Notes under the pieces: generated by a model
Database searches by the model: none
The model's input: the letters and a program-made list of their open reading frames with translations, nothing else
Told to the model about the DNA's origin: nothing
Shown here: one piece after another, positions 1 to 13,645 of the stretch
Numbering within the stretch: position 1 is the stretch's first letter
Layout of the letters: every line of letters begins with the position of its first letter
Position numbers and translations under genes: made by a program
NCBI GenBank assembly: GCA_013265495.1
Contig: MU057930.1
Span: forward strand, 133,599 to 197,598
Source: Vicugna vicugna
Taxonomy: Eukaryota
Direction: 5' to 3'
DNA: 64,000 bases

Positions 1-252
1 ACACAGCACACACCCACCCCCACACACACCACACCCACACACACACCACGCACACCACACACACACACCATACACACCCACACACACACACACACACCAC
101 ACACCCCCCACACAGCACACACCCACCCACATACACACCACACCCACATACACACCACACACACCACACACACACACCATACACACCCACACACACATAC
201 ACACCCACACACCACACACACATCCCAGACACACACCACACATACACCACAC
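1..252. repeat. Imperfect (CA)n/CAC simple repeat
   Basis: Seen directly. Confidence 0.95.
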
Positions 253-463
253 TTAAGATCTGAAACTAATTTAGCAAAAATGTATCACTTGCTAAAACTG
301 CATAGTAAAACTGCAGGCACACAGCTTTTTTTAATGTTCTCTGTGTCTTTTGTACGTATGAAATATTTTACAATAGAAAAAATTTTAAGGGACATTGACA
401 TTCAAACCATTGCCGCAAAATGAAGGTGCTAATTTGCGTTAATCAAACGTGGATGTGAATTCA

Positions 464-931
464 CAGGCAGGGCTCATTTTATTGTGCCTCGAAGATGCAA
501 TGTTTTTTACAGATTGAGGGTTCGGGGCCGCCCTGCCCAAGCACGCCTACAGGGCCATGTTCCCAGCAGCATTTGCTCACTCGGTGTCTCTGGGTCACAT
601 TTTGGTAACTCTCCCCACATTTCAAATTTGTTCATTATGATTCAATTCAATGGTATTGGTGATCAGTGATCTCGGATGCTACTACTATGACTTGCTTCAG
701 GCTCCGAAGAGGGGGAGCGTTTTTTAGCAAAAAAGTATTTTTAATTAATTAATGAACATTGCTCTTGAGACATAATGCCATTACACACTTAACAGACTAC
801 AGTCTAATTTAAACATAACTTTCACATGCACTGGAAAATCAAAACAAAATTGTATGTCTTGTTTTATTGAGATATTCACTTTCTTTGCAGTGGGTTGGAA
901 CGGAACCCAGAGTATCTCTGAGGTCTGCCTT
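464..931 (+). mobile_element. Internally deleted Tigger1-type (TcMar) DNA transposon, Tigger1a-like MITE
   Basis: Imperfect TIRs caggcagggctc...gaggtctgcct. Internal sequence resembles the Tigger1 5' end (cattttattg..., cacattttggtaa..., gatcagtgatc) and 3' end (ggaacggaaccc..tatctctgagg). Confidence 0.8.
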
Positions 932-1549
932 CAGTCTTTAAGAATAATTTGAAATGCACGTTGCCTTCTGTAAACTAAAATCGCACGAAAGCTCTCCACT
1001 TTTCACAGGGTCTACTAATCTCCTTCCCCTGAGGCAAACCCACCACCCCCTTCACAAGAGCCTCACCAGGAACCAATCTGCCTTCATGAACACACTAAGT
1101 GAGAAGTGGTTCACTTTCCAATGAGTTTATCTGAATCTGCATGAGCGGTTCACCCATCGTCCAAGCCAACATCCCAACCGAAGACACAGGGAGCAAACTG
1201 CTATAGCACGAACAAAAGGAATTCTTCCGGAGGGTGAGTGACGCCGCCGTCAGAACTGCAAGCAGGGGGAGGCGGGTTTGCACCCAAGCTCACACAGAAC
1301 TAGCGAAGAAACAAAGTCATATAAAACTGAAAATCTGTGCTCTGCACTAGAATTTGACACAACATTGTAAAATGACTATAACTCAAGAAAATGTTTTTTA
1401 AAAAAAGTAAGAAATGAGCTAATGAACGGCTCTCTTGAATTTCACTTTAAGCAGGATTCATTTCATTTTTATAAAACTTTCCATCTTCATTTCAATTTTT
1501 ATAAACATTTTATAAAAATTCTCATTTTTATAAGTCTTTAATTTATTTT

Positions 1550-1596
1550 TGAAAAAACAGTATCTAAGAACCACAATAAAATGAGGTCTGCCTGTA
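1550..1596 (-). mobile_element. Short Tigger1-type terminal fragment
   Basis: Reverse complement reads ta-caggcagacctcattttattgtggttcttagatactgtttttt, matching the left end of the element at 464. Confidence 0.6.
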
Positions 1597-1614
1597 AATT
1601 CACGTAAACATTTG

Positions 1615-1936
1615 ATCAACCACAGGCATCTGTTTCTCACGTTTCTGGAGGTGGGGGTCCGAGATCCCGGCGGGGGCAGCTTAGCTCCCGGTGGGGCTCG
1701 CTTCCTGGCTCACAGAGGCCACCTCCTCCCCGTGTCCTCTCACAATGGAGAGACGGCTCTGGTGTCTCTTCCTCTTCTTACAAGGGCAATAATCCCATCC
1801 TGGGGGCCCCACCCTCACGACCTCACCTGACCCTACCCACCTCCCGAAGTTCCTGCCTCCCAAACCATCCCCCTGGGGGTCAGGGCCTCAGCGTAGGAAC
1901 GAGTGCTGGGGAGGAGCAGACATTCAGCCCACAGCA
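1615..1936 (-). mobile_element. MaLR (MLT1-like) LTR
   Basis: Typical motifs tttctcacgtttctggagg, cttcctggctcacag, ctcttcttacaagggc..aatcccatc, acattcagcccacagca. Confidence 0.7.
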
Positions 1937-2990
1937 CCTTTGCTCCTGGAAAGCTAAAGGTACACCCCCTCCCACCCGTTCTGTGCTCTGTGTTCCAGAA
2001 AACGTCACCCTTCCAAGAACTCCCATCCCCATATCATCCGGCCAAGACTCTTGGAGGGTCCCCGGTTTACCCAGAACAAGGCCACACACAGACTCCCCGT
2101 CTCCCAATCTTGGGCTCCTAAACCAAGTGCTGAGCTGTGTACACCCGCTGACCCATCTGGGCCAGACACCGGCTGCCCCGAGCCACTCACACTCTCCCTC
2201 CACTTCCATCCTTCTCCCCGGAGCCCCTGGACCTCGCCCCTGGAATGCGGAGCCACCCCTCCCAGCATTGGCCCTCCACAAGGAAAGGCGTTTGCGACTC
2301 AAGCATGTTCGTGACGGCACCCGAATGTGCCCACACCCAGTTCTCCGTAGGCTCACAGATAAAGGAGAAGTCTTTCCTGATGACCTTTAGATGCAAGGAC
2401 ATCTCGGCTTTGGGGGTGGAGGGTGCTCCCTATGGCAACAGCCCCCCACCTTCCTCCTATTGCAATAGATGGTTTCCAATGTCCTTTAGCTCTAACATCC
2501 TCACTTTGCGAGCAGGAGCCCCTCAGCCCTGCATCCAACACGTGACTGCTTTAAAGAACCACTGTCCAGTTAGCTTGGGGCTGCGCTGAGTCTCCATGGA
2601 ATTATAAACCAGCAGGGTAGCATGGTGGGGATGGAGCAGGGCCTCAAAAGGAGGTGTCCGGGGCTTGACTGCCAGGCAGCCACCGTCATGTGGTGCTTTG
2701 AGGGACTTACCCCACAGCGGGCATGGTGGCGAGGGCGTGCACCCGTGCAGAACCCACCGGTCACGGGAGGATGCAGGAACTGCAGAGAAGACAGAGCACA
2801 CAGGTAGCAACGTGCTGGAGAATAACAGAACAGACAGCAAGGACCAGTGATAGAGAGAAATGGTCCATGGCATCTGGACCTCAAGAAGACTACACCTGAT
2901 ATGTTTTGAAGCACAGCAAGTCAGAGACAGAGAGATGGAAAGTGAGGGAGGAAGAGAAAGACGCTCCTGTGTCTGCATACCTGCCACCCC

Positions 2991-3005
2991 CACCACACAC
3001 ACTCA

Positions 3006-3038
<33 letters not shown>
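2991..3038. repeat. (CA)n(CG)n microsatellite
   Basis: Seen directly; alternating purine-pyrimidine. Confidence 0.9.
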
Positions 3039-4053
3039 CTGTCCACCCCAGGGGATGACCAGGTGGTGCATGTTCTCCACGTAACCCTCAGCTCAGAAAT
3101 ACTGACACCTAGTTTCCTTTAAAAGGAAACAGAGCATTCCAAAGATAGACCACACCACCTACACTCTCCAGAAGGCGCTGACCCCCGCGGAGGCCGGTGC
3201 ACCGTGCGGCCGCGGCACATTTGAGCGGGTTTCAGAGGGGCCCCTGCGAGGACACAAAGCAGCACACCCAGGGGGAGGGACGCAGTCTGCCGGCCCCGGG
3301 TGAGCCCTCAGCTCTCCAGCAGGTGGTCAGCCGCACGACGCAGAGGACATGCGTGGGAAGAGTACGTTCGAATGCCCTGGGCACCTTATGGCTCTAGAAC
3401 GCAGCTCCGTGAGCGCGGTGTTGGGACTGCTCGGGGGAAATAACAAAACCAAACTCTGTGACCGCCAAGGGGCAAGCAGGGTCCACGACACTCCCCGGTA
3501 CTGCGGACTGCATGAAGGAAATAAGGAGAGCCACCTGCGTGACCGCCGAGGGGCGAGCAGGGTCCACCACACTCCCCTGCCCCCCTCGCCCTGTGCGTAT
3601 TCGGCTGGAAAGCCCCCAGTGGGCCCCCGGTTTCTTTCCCCAGCAGGGACCGTCCTCTGCTATTGTACAGTTCGGGCTTGTCTCTTTTTGATGTTCAGTT
3701 TGTTATCTCATCTCAGTCAGGGAAGACCGTGGCTTCTGTGGGTTTTCAAAGGATCCCCAGGGTTCCCCAGGCATAGAATTTGCCTCTCTGTGATTTTTTT
3801 TTTAAGTAATTTGCCTGGAGCCACTGCTGTTGTCAGAATGTTTTCACCAAAACACAAATAAAAAGGGCCCTTTTCCTGGGGTCTTATTTTTCTTGTAGAA
3901 GAATCAGTCCTCCCCACCTTCCACGCAGGTGCCTCTAATTCAGATGGAAAAATGGAATTAGGCAACCGTGTGCCTCCTTTCTTACTGATGGTTAAATTCT
4001 GTCAGGCTGCAGGGGCTGAGTGCAGTATGTATTGAGGGCATTTTAAGGTAGGG

Positions 4054-4096
4054 GTGTGTGTGTGTGTGTGTGTGCGTGCGCGCGCGCGTGTGTGTA
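4054..4096. repeat. (TG)n(CG)n(TG)n microsatellite
   Basis: Seen directly. Confidence 0.9.
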
Positions 4097-4304
4097 CTCT
4101 TGCCAGAAACCAAAGTACAAAACGTAATTGTCAGAAAGGAGAGTAACAGTGCGGCCAGCATCACCTGTTAGACTACCTGTCTGTGCGCTGACAGGGGGGT
4201 TGCGTTTCTTAGAAACACAGTGGCCACAGAGAAAGGGGCTGACCCCACCTTTCCAGATGGTGAGTCTGGAGACCTCACATCCACCCCAGCCCTGGCCCAG
4301 GCAT

Positions 4305-4742
4305 TGTGGGTAGTGGGTTGAACTCTGGTCCCTCGAAATGATGGGTCCAAGCAGGACAGATGCCTGAAATCTTATCTGGAAATAGGGTCTCTGGGAGTGG
4401 GATGAGGTCAGCTGAGTCCTACGAGATTAGGGTGAACCTTAAGTCCAATGATGGGTGTCCTTCTGAGAAGAGGGGAATTTGGACACAGACATGAGAAGAA
4501 GGCAAAGTAAGGACAGAGGCAGAGCTGGGGTGGGGGGAGGGAGGATGTGTCTGTAAGACAAGAAACATGAACATTGCTGGACCCCTAGAGGCTGGAAGAG
4601 GCAGGAAGGACCCTCCCCTGGAGCCTCCGGAAGAAGCAATCCTGATTTTGGACACCTTGACCTCACACTTCTGGTCTCCAGGACTGGGAGGAAATACCTG
4701 GTTTGAGGACTGCTGTTACAACAGCCCCAGGAAACCAGCACA
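4305..4742 (+). mobile_element. MaLR (MLT1-like) LTR
   Basis: tgtgggtagtgggttgaa..., cttatctggaaatagggtct, gctggaagaggcaggaaggaccctcccctggagcct, ttacaacagccccaggaaacca. Confidence 0.75.
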
Positions 4743-5049
4743 TGGGGCCCAACCTGCAACCTTCAGGAGCTCGACTTGATCACACCCCAGACCTCACACA
4801 AGTGGGATCTGTCCCATTTTAAAGAGAACGGTTCTGTCCCTCACAAACACTGGGGCACGTGCCCACCCGGTGCTTCCTGTCACTGCAATGGCATGGCCGG
4901 GAGTTGAACCTGACAAGCCCATGCACATCACACCCGTCATGCTCTCTCAATACCACGTGCTATGGGGTCATGGAACCCTTTTGTAGAAATAGTAAATTTA
5001 TTCTATGAAACCATGCAAACTTCAGGGAATAAGACTGAGCCGTGGTGCA

Positions 5050-5632
5050 TGTATCTTTTCAAATCAGTTCACCCCAACGTTCATGGCAGCACCACTCACA
5101 CCAGCCAAGACATAGAAGCAACCTGAGTGTCTACTGACAGATGAATGGATAAAGAAGCTGTGGTATATTTATGCAGTGGAATACTACACGGCCATAAAAA
5201 AGAATGAAATAATGCCATTTGCAGCAACATGGATGGACTTTGGGGGCACTATGCTAGGTGAAATAAGTCAGACAAAGACAAACATATGATATCACCTATA
5301 TGTGGAATCTAAAAAACACAACCAACTAGTGAATAAAACAACAACAACAAAAGAGCAGACTCAAGATGCAGAGAACAAACTAGTGATGACCAATGGGGAG
5401 AAGGCAGGGGGAGGGGCAGGATGGGGACAGGGGAGTAAGAGGCACAAACTAGAATAAAATAAATAAACTACAAGGATCCACATACCCCACAAAGGACAAA
5501 GCCAGTATTTCACAATAACTATAAATGAAGCATAATCTTCAAAAGTTATGGATCACTGTGAATTAAAAATTATGGATCACTCATGAAATTTATATAACAT
5601 TGTACATCAACTATACTTAATTAAAAAAAAAT
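5050..5632 (+). mobile_element. LINE-1 3' end (ORF2 tail plus 3' UTR, A tail)
   Basis: gatgaatggataaagaag..., gccataaaaaagaatgaaataatgccatttgcagcaacatggatggac, ending in tacatcaactatact plus A run. Confidence 0.9.
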
Positions 5633-7717
5633 GAAAGAGTGAAGAATGATTTCTAAGAATGGGACATGATAACATTTTAAGAGTTTGGGCAAGTTTGGGA
5701 AAGGTGGTTACTTTAGCAAAATTGGATAGACTTCTCTGGGGTCAAAGCCCCCAGTGATTGTTTGAAGTCTATGGAAGGACTCCCTGTGTCCACGGGCATC
5801 CCTGGACCCCTCCCCTACCCCACATGAGTCCTAGGGCTTGTTCTGGCTGCAGAAAGTATCCCTGACTGTCCCCCAGACACACAGGGTCACACTCTTGGGT
5901 GGTAGACTTTCCTACTGGCTCTGAATTAATCACGGGTAATGCTGGACTGTCGATGCACAGGACCCTTGGTCAGCCACAAAAGCCTTCACTCCTTTCCCAG
6001 AAATGGACGTTCTTCTGGGGGAGACTCACGGGTGACCCTTCAGAACCTCATCCTGCAGGGAAATGGTGGGCCCTGCACGCATTCCCGGATTCCACCAGCG
6101 CTGACTTGTTCATGGGTATACAAAGTGACACCCGAGACCGTCAGGGGCTGCGTCCCTGGTCCTGGCTACTGAATTCTCGGAGTTTGTGTGAGTGACTGAG
6201 TCTGCAAGCCAAGAAGCAGACAGAAAATGCCAGTTTGTTTTTCAAATGACCATATACTTTCAAGGCTGGAGGATGAAGAATCCAAATTGTCAGACCTTGG
6301 TGGGGCGAGCTGTGTGCTCTCTGAAGCCAGCTACCTTCTTGGCAAAGTGTCCCCTAGCCGACTCCTCCGACCGTGGCTCTCTGGTGGTCTTTGTGCATTC
6401 CCTATGGGTGTCATGCAGGCTCCCTCCCAGGCTGGCCTCCGGACTCACAGATTCTGGACCAAAGGAAGGCATCTCGCACCTCCACCTGACACTTGGCGCT
6501 TTTCAGATGCTGGAGGGCAAGGGACACGAGGACCATGAATGATCCCAGACTACTTTGCAGGCAGGCGCGCCCCAAGGGCGTGCCCCAGGGTCTCCTTAGG
6601 CAGCAAGAGTGTGGCTCAGGAGAGAGACCCATTCACGCCTCACCAAGGACAGACAGGGGAGATACCCCTGCAACAAACGCGGTTCAACAAGAAGGCACCC
6701 CGGGGGAAAGCGGGGGGAAGGGGTTCCCCACATGTCGCTGGCGTCCTCACAGAGCGAGTGAAGATCACGAGCGAATGTGCACTTTCCCCAAAAGCCCGCT
6801 TTTCAAACACGTCCGTCCCGGTCTCCCCGTGCCTGGGGGACCTGTTGCTTTGTAACTGGGGGTGAGCCACGTCCCGAAGCCCCAGCCCCGACAACCTCTC
6901 CTCCAGCCTCCTCTCCCTCCGTTCTGCTTTTATTTTTTCAAGGTTTTCATCGAGCTTTCTTTCTCTAGGTCAGGAACAATTTTTCTGAGCAACCGATTTC
7001 TGTGGGATTGCAGTTCTTAGGCAGTCTACAATCATTTACATATATAAAAGTGCTTACATACATTTATACATACTTCATATATTTATATATATAAACAGAA
7101 GTGTATTTATCATTTATATACGTGTATATATTTACATAACTAGAGAGGGAGAGAGAGAGTGTTGCATGGATGTTTCGGGGTTTCATTTTGTTTTGCCTTA
7201 TTTTTTCACCTCCATCCTGTTTAAACCTCTACCCCAAGAATGCAAACCCCAGCCCTTCTGCCCGGGAATCTATCACTGCCCCAACCCTTCGCAGGAACCG
7301 ACTGAGGCCTCTCGGAGGCAGACAACGGGGTCTGATTGCTTCTGTGCTGCAAAAAAAACAACCCCATCCCATCACCGCAGTCATCACCTGAGGACCCGCG
7401 GGAGGTTGTTTCCCGCGCTGGAGGCACAGCCGTGAGCGGGCAGCTGCCGGGCCCCCATGCTGCTCCCAGGCCGGGAATGAAGGCAGAAAGGCCACAGATA
7501 AGATCAGTGAACAAAAACCTGATGCAGAAACAGGGTCACTGCGGATGGGAGTCATTAAACGAGGTCGTGCTAAGAGAAACGGTGGCAGGAGGGGAAGAGG
7601 TTCAAACTCCCAGTTGCAAAGTGAATGAGTCACGGGGAAGACACGCACAGCGTGCACAGAAATAGCGAATCACTGTGTTGTGTGCCAGCCACTAACACAA
7701 CAATGAAGGTCAGTTAC

Positions 7718-7807
7718 TTTTTTTACAGGAGGGACTGGGGATTGAACCCAGGACCTTGTGCATGCTAAGCACACAGCCTACCACTTGAGCTACACCCTCC
7801 TCCCCCC
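7718..7807 (-). mobile_element. tRNA-derived SINE (vic-1-like), inserted in an older L1 3' UTR fragment
   Basis: Reverse complement of ggagggtgtagctcaagtggtag...gcttagcatgcacaaggtcctgggttcaatccccagt, with Pol III A and B boxes. Confidence 0.85.
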
Positions 7808-9579
7808 AGAAAAAAATTCCTTCTTTTCCTCTTATTTTATATCTGTATGACATGATGACTTTTCACCAAACTTGGTGTGGTCGTCGCTGCGTGATGTGAG
7901 TCAAATCATTCTGCTGTCCACCATACATGTATCCAGTGTTGTGTGTCAACTGTATCTCAGTAAAACTGGAAGGAAAAAATATATATATATATGAGGTTCC
8001 CACTGGAGTAGGAGCTCCTCACGTGACTGGTTCCAGCATCTAAATCCCAGTTCAAAACTGCCTTTGCCAATACACACTACTGTACATAGAACACACAAAC
8101 AACAGGGACCTAGAGTTGAGCACAGGGAGCCGTATTCAATTTCTTGTCATAAACTGCGATGGAAAAGAATCTGAAAATATATGTATGTATATGTATAATT
8201 GAATCGCTTTGCTGTCCACCAGAAATTAACCTTGGGAATCAACTACACTTCCATAAGAAATAAGATCTAAAAAAACAGAGAAAGAAGAGAAAACAGAGAC
8301 ACAAAGGCAGATGCCACGTGGAGATGGGAGGCAGAGATGGGGGTGATGTTTCTGTAAGTCAAGGAGGACCAAGGAAGCCGGGGGAGAGGCTGGAACAGAT
8401 TGCTGAAGGAACCAGTCCTGCCCACCCCTGGACCTTGGACCCCTCCCCAGTCTGCAAAACAGACAGAAGACATTTTTCGGTCATTTAAGCCCCCAGTTTG
8501 GAGCACTTTCTGACGGCCACCCTGGGACCCTCGCACAACAGGAAAGGGGAGCTGGACTTCGGAGGCCCCCAGGCTTGGTCACTGCTTCACCAATGCACCT
8601 CCCCGTGTGGGTTTCCAGACGTGGGGACAAGTCATGGTCACTCCAGCTGTCGACACGGGCGAGCCCCACCCTAGAGCTCCCCGACCAGCTTGCCAGCGCA
8701 GAGGGGAAGCCAGATCGCAGCCCCAAGTGAGGAAACAGCGCCGCCCAGACACTGTTCACCCGCCCTGCCCTCCTCACAGCCCAGGGACGCCCCTGACCTT
8801 CCAAACCAGCCCTGTGACCTGGCTCTCTGGACCCCGCTGTCAGCTAATGAGTCCAACTCAACGAAGAAACGCAGAAGGGAGGAACCTGTGCTGCCGGAAT
8901 GACCTGGGAATGGGGGCCGAGATGCTTGGAAAATTGTCAAGATGCCCACGGAAGGACCAAGGACGATGTGAGACTGATACGTTCTCCTCGGGTGGGGATC
9001 TATTTCCATGCATGGAATGAGCGATGAGGGGGCTATACTGGGACTGTCTCTGCGAATGACCCTTGACCTTTCTCGTGACGCCGTCAAGGACGGCCCCTGA
9101 CATGCCCCCACAGATGAGGAGGAAAATCCAACACAGAATCAGGCAAGACCCAGAAAGAGAGCCCTCCTGGGCTAAATAAAAAGGATGTCTGCCATTTCCC
9201 TTAAGTTGACTTCAGCAAAGCCGTAATTGCGATGCTAATGAACCTGGAGGAATCTTTGCAGAAGAAAAGCAATTAGAGCAATTATGAGGGTAATTAAATG
9301 ACCGCGCTGGCATGCCGCCAGCCCAGCCAGCAGGCATGCCGGAATCCAAGACCACAGGTCTGTCTCTTCCATTCGTTTTGAAATCACAGGTGGACTTCCC
9401 TCTAAATGATGGGACTTGGTGCGGGGAGGGGGGTGTCTCAGAAAAGTGGCCACAGTGTCAAATCCTGGAGCCACAGGATTTGAGAGATTCAGCCGTAAAA
9501 TCAGCGGACACACACAGGATGGTGTCTGTGTGTCCTGTGCAGAACCTAACACCAACGGTTCAGGAAAAAATGCCTGAAT

Positions 9580-10055
9580 ATTATGTTCGGTTTCCTACGG
9601 CGACTGTGACAAGTGACCGCCAACCTGGGAGTCTGACACGAGAGTCACGGGGCTAAGGTCCAGGTGTGAGTGGGGCTGGTTCCTTCTGGAGGCTCTAGGA
9701 GAGAATCTGTCTCCTTGTCTTCTCCAAATTCTAGAGGTGCCCCGATCCTTGACTCGTGGGACCTTCCTTTTGGATCCGCAAATCCAGCCACGGTGCATCA
9801 CGATGGCCTGTCTTCTGTCCTCCCCTGACTTTGTGAGTCTCCTCTCCTGCCTGCCTCTTAGAAGAACTGCTGCGATCCTGTTGGGTCCACCCCATAATCC
9901 AGGACCTGCTCTGTACTTGAAGGTCTATGCACTGGCACCCTTGATTGAATCGGCAACCATGACTCACTAAGTTTGCTGTGTCCCCTATGACATTCGTACG
10001 TGGGTTAGGATGTGAACCTTCTTGGGGGCCCTGTGGTGCCCAGTTCAGATCACAA
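9580..10055 (-). mobile_element. MaLR (MLT1-like) LTR
   Basis: gggctggttccttctggaggctctaggagagaatctgt, gggtccacccataatccagga. Confidence 0.7.
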
Positions 10056-10547
10056 AGGGGCAAAATGATGTCTATACTTGAAATTCGTGAAGCACCATAC
10101 TAGGAGGAATGAAGACACTTCACACTGGAATTGACCTACACTCACCAGCAGATGGATACACCATACTTCTTAGTTCATACGTCAGCAGGATGCTCGGATG
10201 TCCTCCCACGTCCCAGCCCTTTGGTACAAACACCCTGTGTAAGGAACCCTTCCACATGCACAGTGTTCAGCGTGGGCAGGACCAGTGCATAGGGTGACGA
10301 TGCTACTCCCAATGTTAGGGTAGTTTACAACGCAACATAATGTGGATTTTCCAGATGTGATTAAGATTCCTAATCAGCTGATGTTGAAATAACCAAAAAG
10401 GAGGTGGTGGGTTATCCTGGGTGGTTCTCACCTGCTCAGGTGAGCCCGTAAAGAGACAAGAAAAAGTAGCAAAGATTCCCTGGATAGCAGGGAAGAAAGC
10501 CAATGGCACAGTTGCATATATATATACATACATACATACTTACATAT

Positions 10548-11010
10548 AGTGGAATACTACTCAGCCATGAAAAATGAAGTGGTGCCATTTGCAGCTACAT
10601 GGATGGACCTAGAAGTGATCGTACTAAGTGAAGTAAGTAAGACAGAGAAAGACAAATATCATACGATATCAGTTCTACTTGGAATATGAAAATGACACAA
10701 ATGAATTTATTTACAAAATAAAAACAGACTCACAGACGGAGAAATCAAACTTATGGTTACCGGGGGAAAGTGATGGGGATGGAGGGATAAATTAGGAGTC
10801 AGGGATTAGCAGATACATACTACTGTATATAAAATAAACAAGGTCCTACTTTATAGCACAGGGAAGTATACTCAATATCCTGTAATAACCTATCATGGAG
10901 AAAAATCTGAAAAACTATGGAGATATGGATATGGATAACTGAATCACTTTGCTGGACACCTGAAATGAATACATTGGAAAGCAACTCCACTTCAATAAAA
11001 ATAGACAAAC
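10548..11010 (+). mobile_element. LINE-1 3' end
   Basis: ggaatactactcagccat..., ctaagtgaagtaag, acagactcacagac, gctggacacctgaaa, A-rich tail. Confidence 0.9.
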
Positions 11011-11767
11011 TAAATAAACAGAATGAGGATCTCACAGTGAGAACACAGAACCCTCGGAGGCACGAGCGACTAGTGTTGCAAAACATGGCAGCGTGTGTAT
11101 CCTGAAGTCACCTGGCGTGGCTTTGTGCCGAGGTGGCTGTGATCCACCGGGACAAATGAGGTGCTGGAAGGGAATTTAGCACGATGTTAACCGGACTTGT
11201 TTTGGAAATTCCTCAACATAACACAAGGCTGCCCAGCTGACCAGACAGTGGGACGGATGTAGGTGGCTGTCTGCCTCACAGGGGAAAATGGGTGAGAACC
11301 CAGCTTTCAAAACCACCTGCGACTGAGAAGCCAAACCAGGCCACAGGCAAGAGTAGTCGCAGCGGGCTGCCAGGGATGGGACGTCAACAGTTTTGAAAGC
11401 TCGGGCTGTTCATCAGAGGCTCTGTCAGAACTTGACCAGTAAACAAGGGTGTCTACCGCTCACCGCAGGAACGGGGCGGATTCACGCCAGGACACTAAAT
11501 ACTGGTATTTGTTTTGAAACTCACTAGGGTCAGATGCCAAGTCGGGAGCTAGAACCCACCCGTTGCAAGTGATTTTCTAAACATTGTAAATGACAAAAGT
11601 CATGTCACCCAACGTAGATTTTTTTTTAAACTGAATGAAAAATTACAGGGAAACACATGGGACTTGGAGACTACATTCTGACCCTGAGAGGTTTACTCAT
11701 CAACTGGAAATTTTATTGATAAATTAGTGAATTATGATGAAATGTATGGACTTATTCTGTCTTGGGT

Positions 11768-12320
11768 TCTTTTTTTTTTTTTAATTGAAGTATAGTCAGC
11801 TTACAATGTGTCACTTTCTGGTGTAGAGCATAAGGTTTTAGTCATACATGAAGATACATCTATCCCTTTCCACATTCTTCTTCATTGTAAGTTACTACAA
11901 GATACTAAATATAGTTCCCTTTGCTGTACAGTAGGATTTATATATGTATTTTATATATAGTAGTCTGTATCTGCAATCTCTAACTTCCAGTTTACCCCCT
12001 CCCACCCACTGCCTGGTAACCATGAGCTTGCTTCCTATGACTGTCACTCTGGTTCTGTTTTGTAAATATGTTCATTTGTCTCTTTTTTAGATTCCACATA
12101 TAAGTGATGTCATACAGTATTTTTCTTCCTCTGTCTGACTGACTTCACTTAGAAGGACGATCTCCAGGTCCATCCACGTTGCTCCAAATGGCATTACTTC
12201 ATTCTTTTTCATGGCTGAGTAGTATTCCACGGTATAAATATACCACAGCTTCTTTATCCAGTCATCTGTTGATGGACACTTAGGTTGCTTCCATGTCTTG
12301 GCTGTTGTGAATAGTGCCTA
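11768..12320 (-). mobile_element. LINE-1 3' end
   Basis: Poly-T then attgaagtatagtc..., ttttagattccacatataagtga, atggctgagtagtattcc, ggacacttaggttgcttccatgtcttggct. Confidence 0.9.
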
Positions 12321-13012
12321 CTGAGAACACTGTCTCAGGTTCTTTTAGGTAATGAAGTCTTCGCAGGTGAAAAGAGGACGTGGTGATCTTTACATTCACA
12401 GGTGTTAGGGGAAGGGGGGCACACATGCATTTTTTACCTGAGCCCAAATTCAAGGTGTTCATTCACTTGCGGATGGTCCCTAAGGTAATACTAGGTCTTG
12501 GTCATCTCATTCAAACCATGCACTTCAGCCAAAACCAAGTATTACTTGTTTTGCTTCCCCCCACCCAAGTTTAGGAATTACACATGAGAAGGATTAAACT
12601 AGACTGAAGGGAAGTATCATGAGGGCTTGCGATACCAGACGTGAGGTGCCACCTGCTCCCTGGGCACGAATCCCAGACTTGGGGACTGTGACTAGGACCA
12701 CGAGTCAACCAAGTCCAAGTGAGTGTTTGACGGACAACATGATGTGTGTCTCTCATTCACCCCCGTCAGTGCTGAGGGGCCCACGGAGTCCACACAGGAG
12801 AGACAGCAGTAATAAAGCCCCCACCCCGGATGGAACCGTGTGGGAAGGCGAAGCAGGTACCGGGGGATCCTGCCAGCTGCTGGTGGGGCAGTGGTCCCAG
12901 AGGGCACAGTATAAACACCCACATGGGGGTCTCACCAAGGGATGGAGCATCATCCCAAGGTGGCACCCTGGCCCTGCTCCATCCGTCATTTCTGGGCCGT
13001 CTTAATCCCCAG

Positions 13013-13645
13013 TGTCACCGAGTAGGACCTTCTGGGGCTTCCCAGGACAGACTCTCGCCCATATCCTCCACCTGCTCTTGTTTGTAGAAAGACTTTTACC
13101 CTCCTGGGCCGCGCCCCCCACCCCAAGTCCCAGAAAGCACATTTAATCAGAGAAGTGAGAAAATGTACAATCAAAGGAAAAGAGTCAAGCAAGACAAAGC
13201 CATCACAGATTAGCCACCAAAGTTGAGAAGCTTCAGTTCCCCCTCAAGGGCTGTAGATCATATTCTGAGCCACGTCTCTGAGCTGTTTTGCAGACACTGA
13301 AACGCCCACCAGGGAGAAGTTAACTGCATGCTGACCATCAGCATGGAGGCCCCAGATCATTGGAACCCAAAAGTTGATGGCGTTGACTCCCAATGACCTC
13401 ACCACCCACCAATCAGAAGACTGTCCACGAGCTGATCACGAATTTCATCGCGCCCTCCCTCACCCTGTCTTTAAAACCCTTTCCCTGAAAGCCACTGGGG
13501 ATTTCTGGTCTTTTAACCACTAGCTGCCCTGGACTCCTTGCTTGGCGCCTGCTGTAAATGCTGCTCTTTCCTTCACCACAAGCTGGGGTCAGGAGATCGG
13601 CTTCATTGCACATGGGCGACGGGACCCAAGTTTGGTTTGGTGACA
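13013..13645 (+). mobile_element. Solo ERV1-type LTR
   Basis: Inverted termini TGTCACC...GGTGACA and a near 4-bp TSD (ccag/acag). Internal ccaatcag, TATA-like tttaaaaccc and a degenerate polyA region. Exact family not assigned. Confidence 0.75.
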
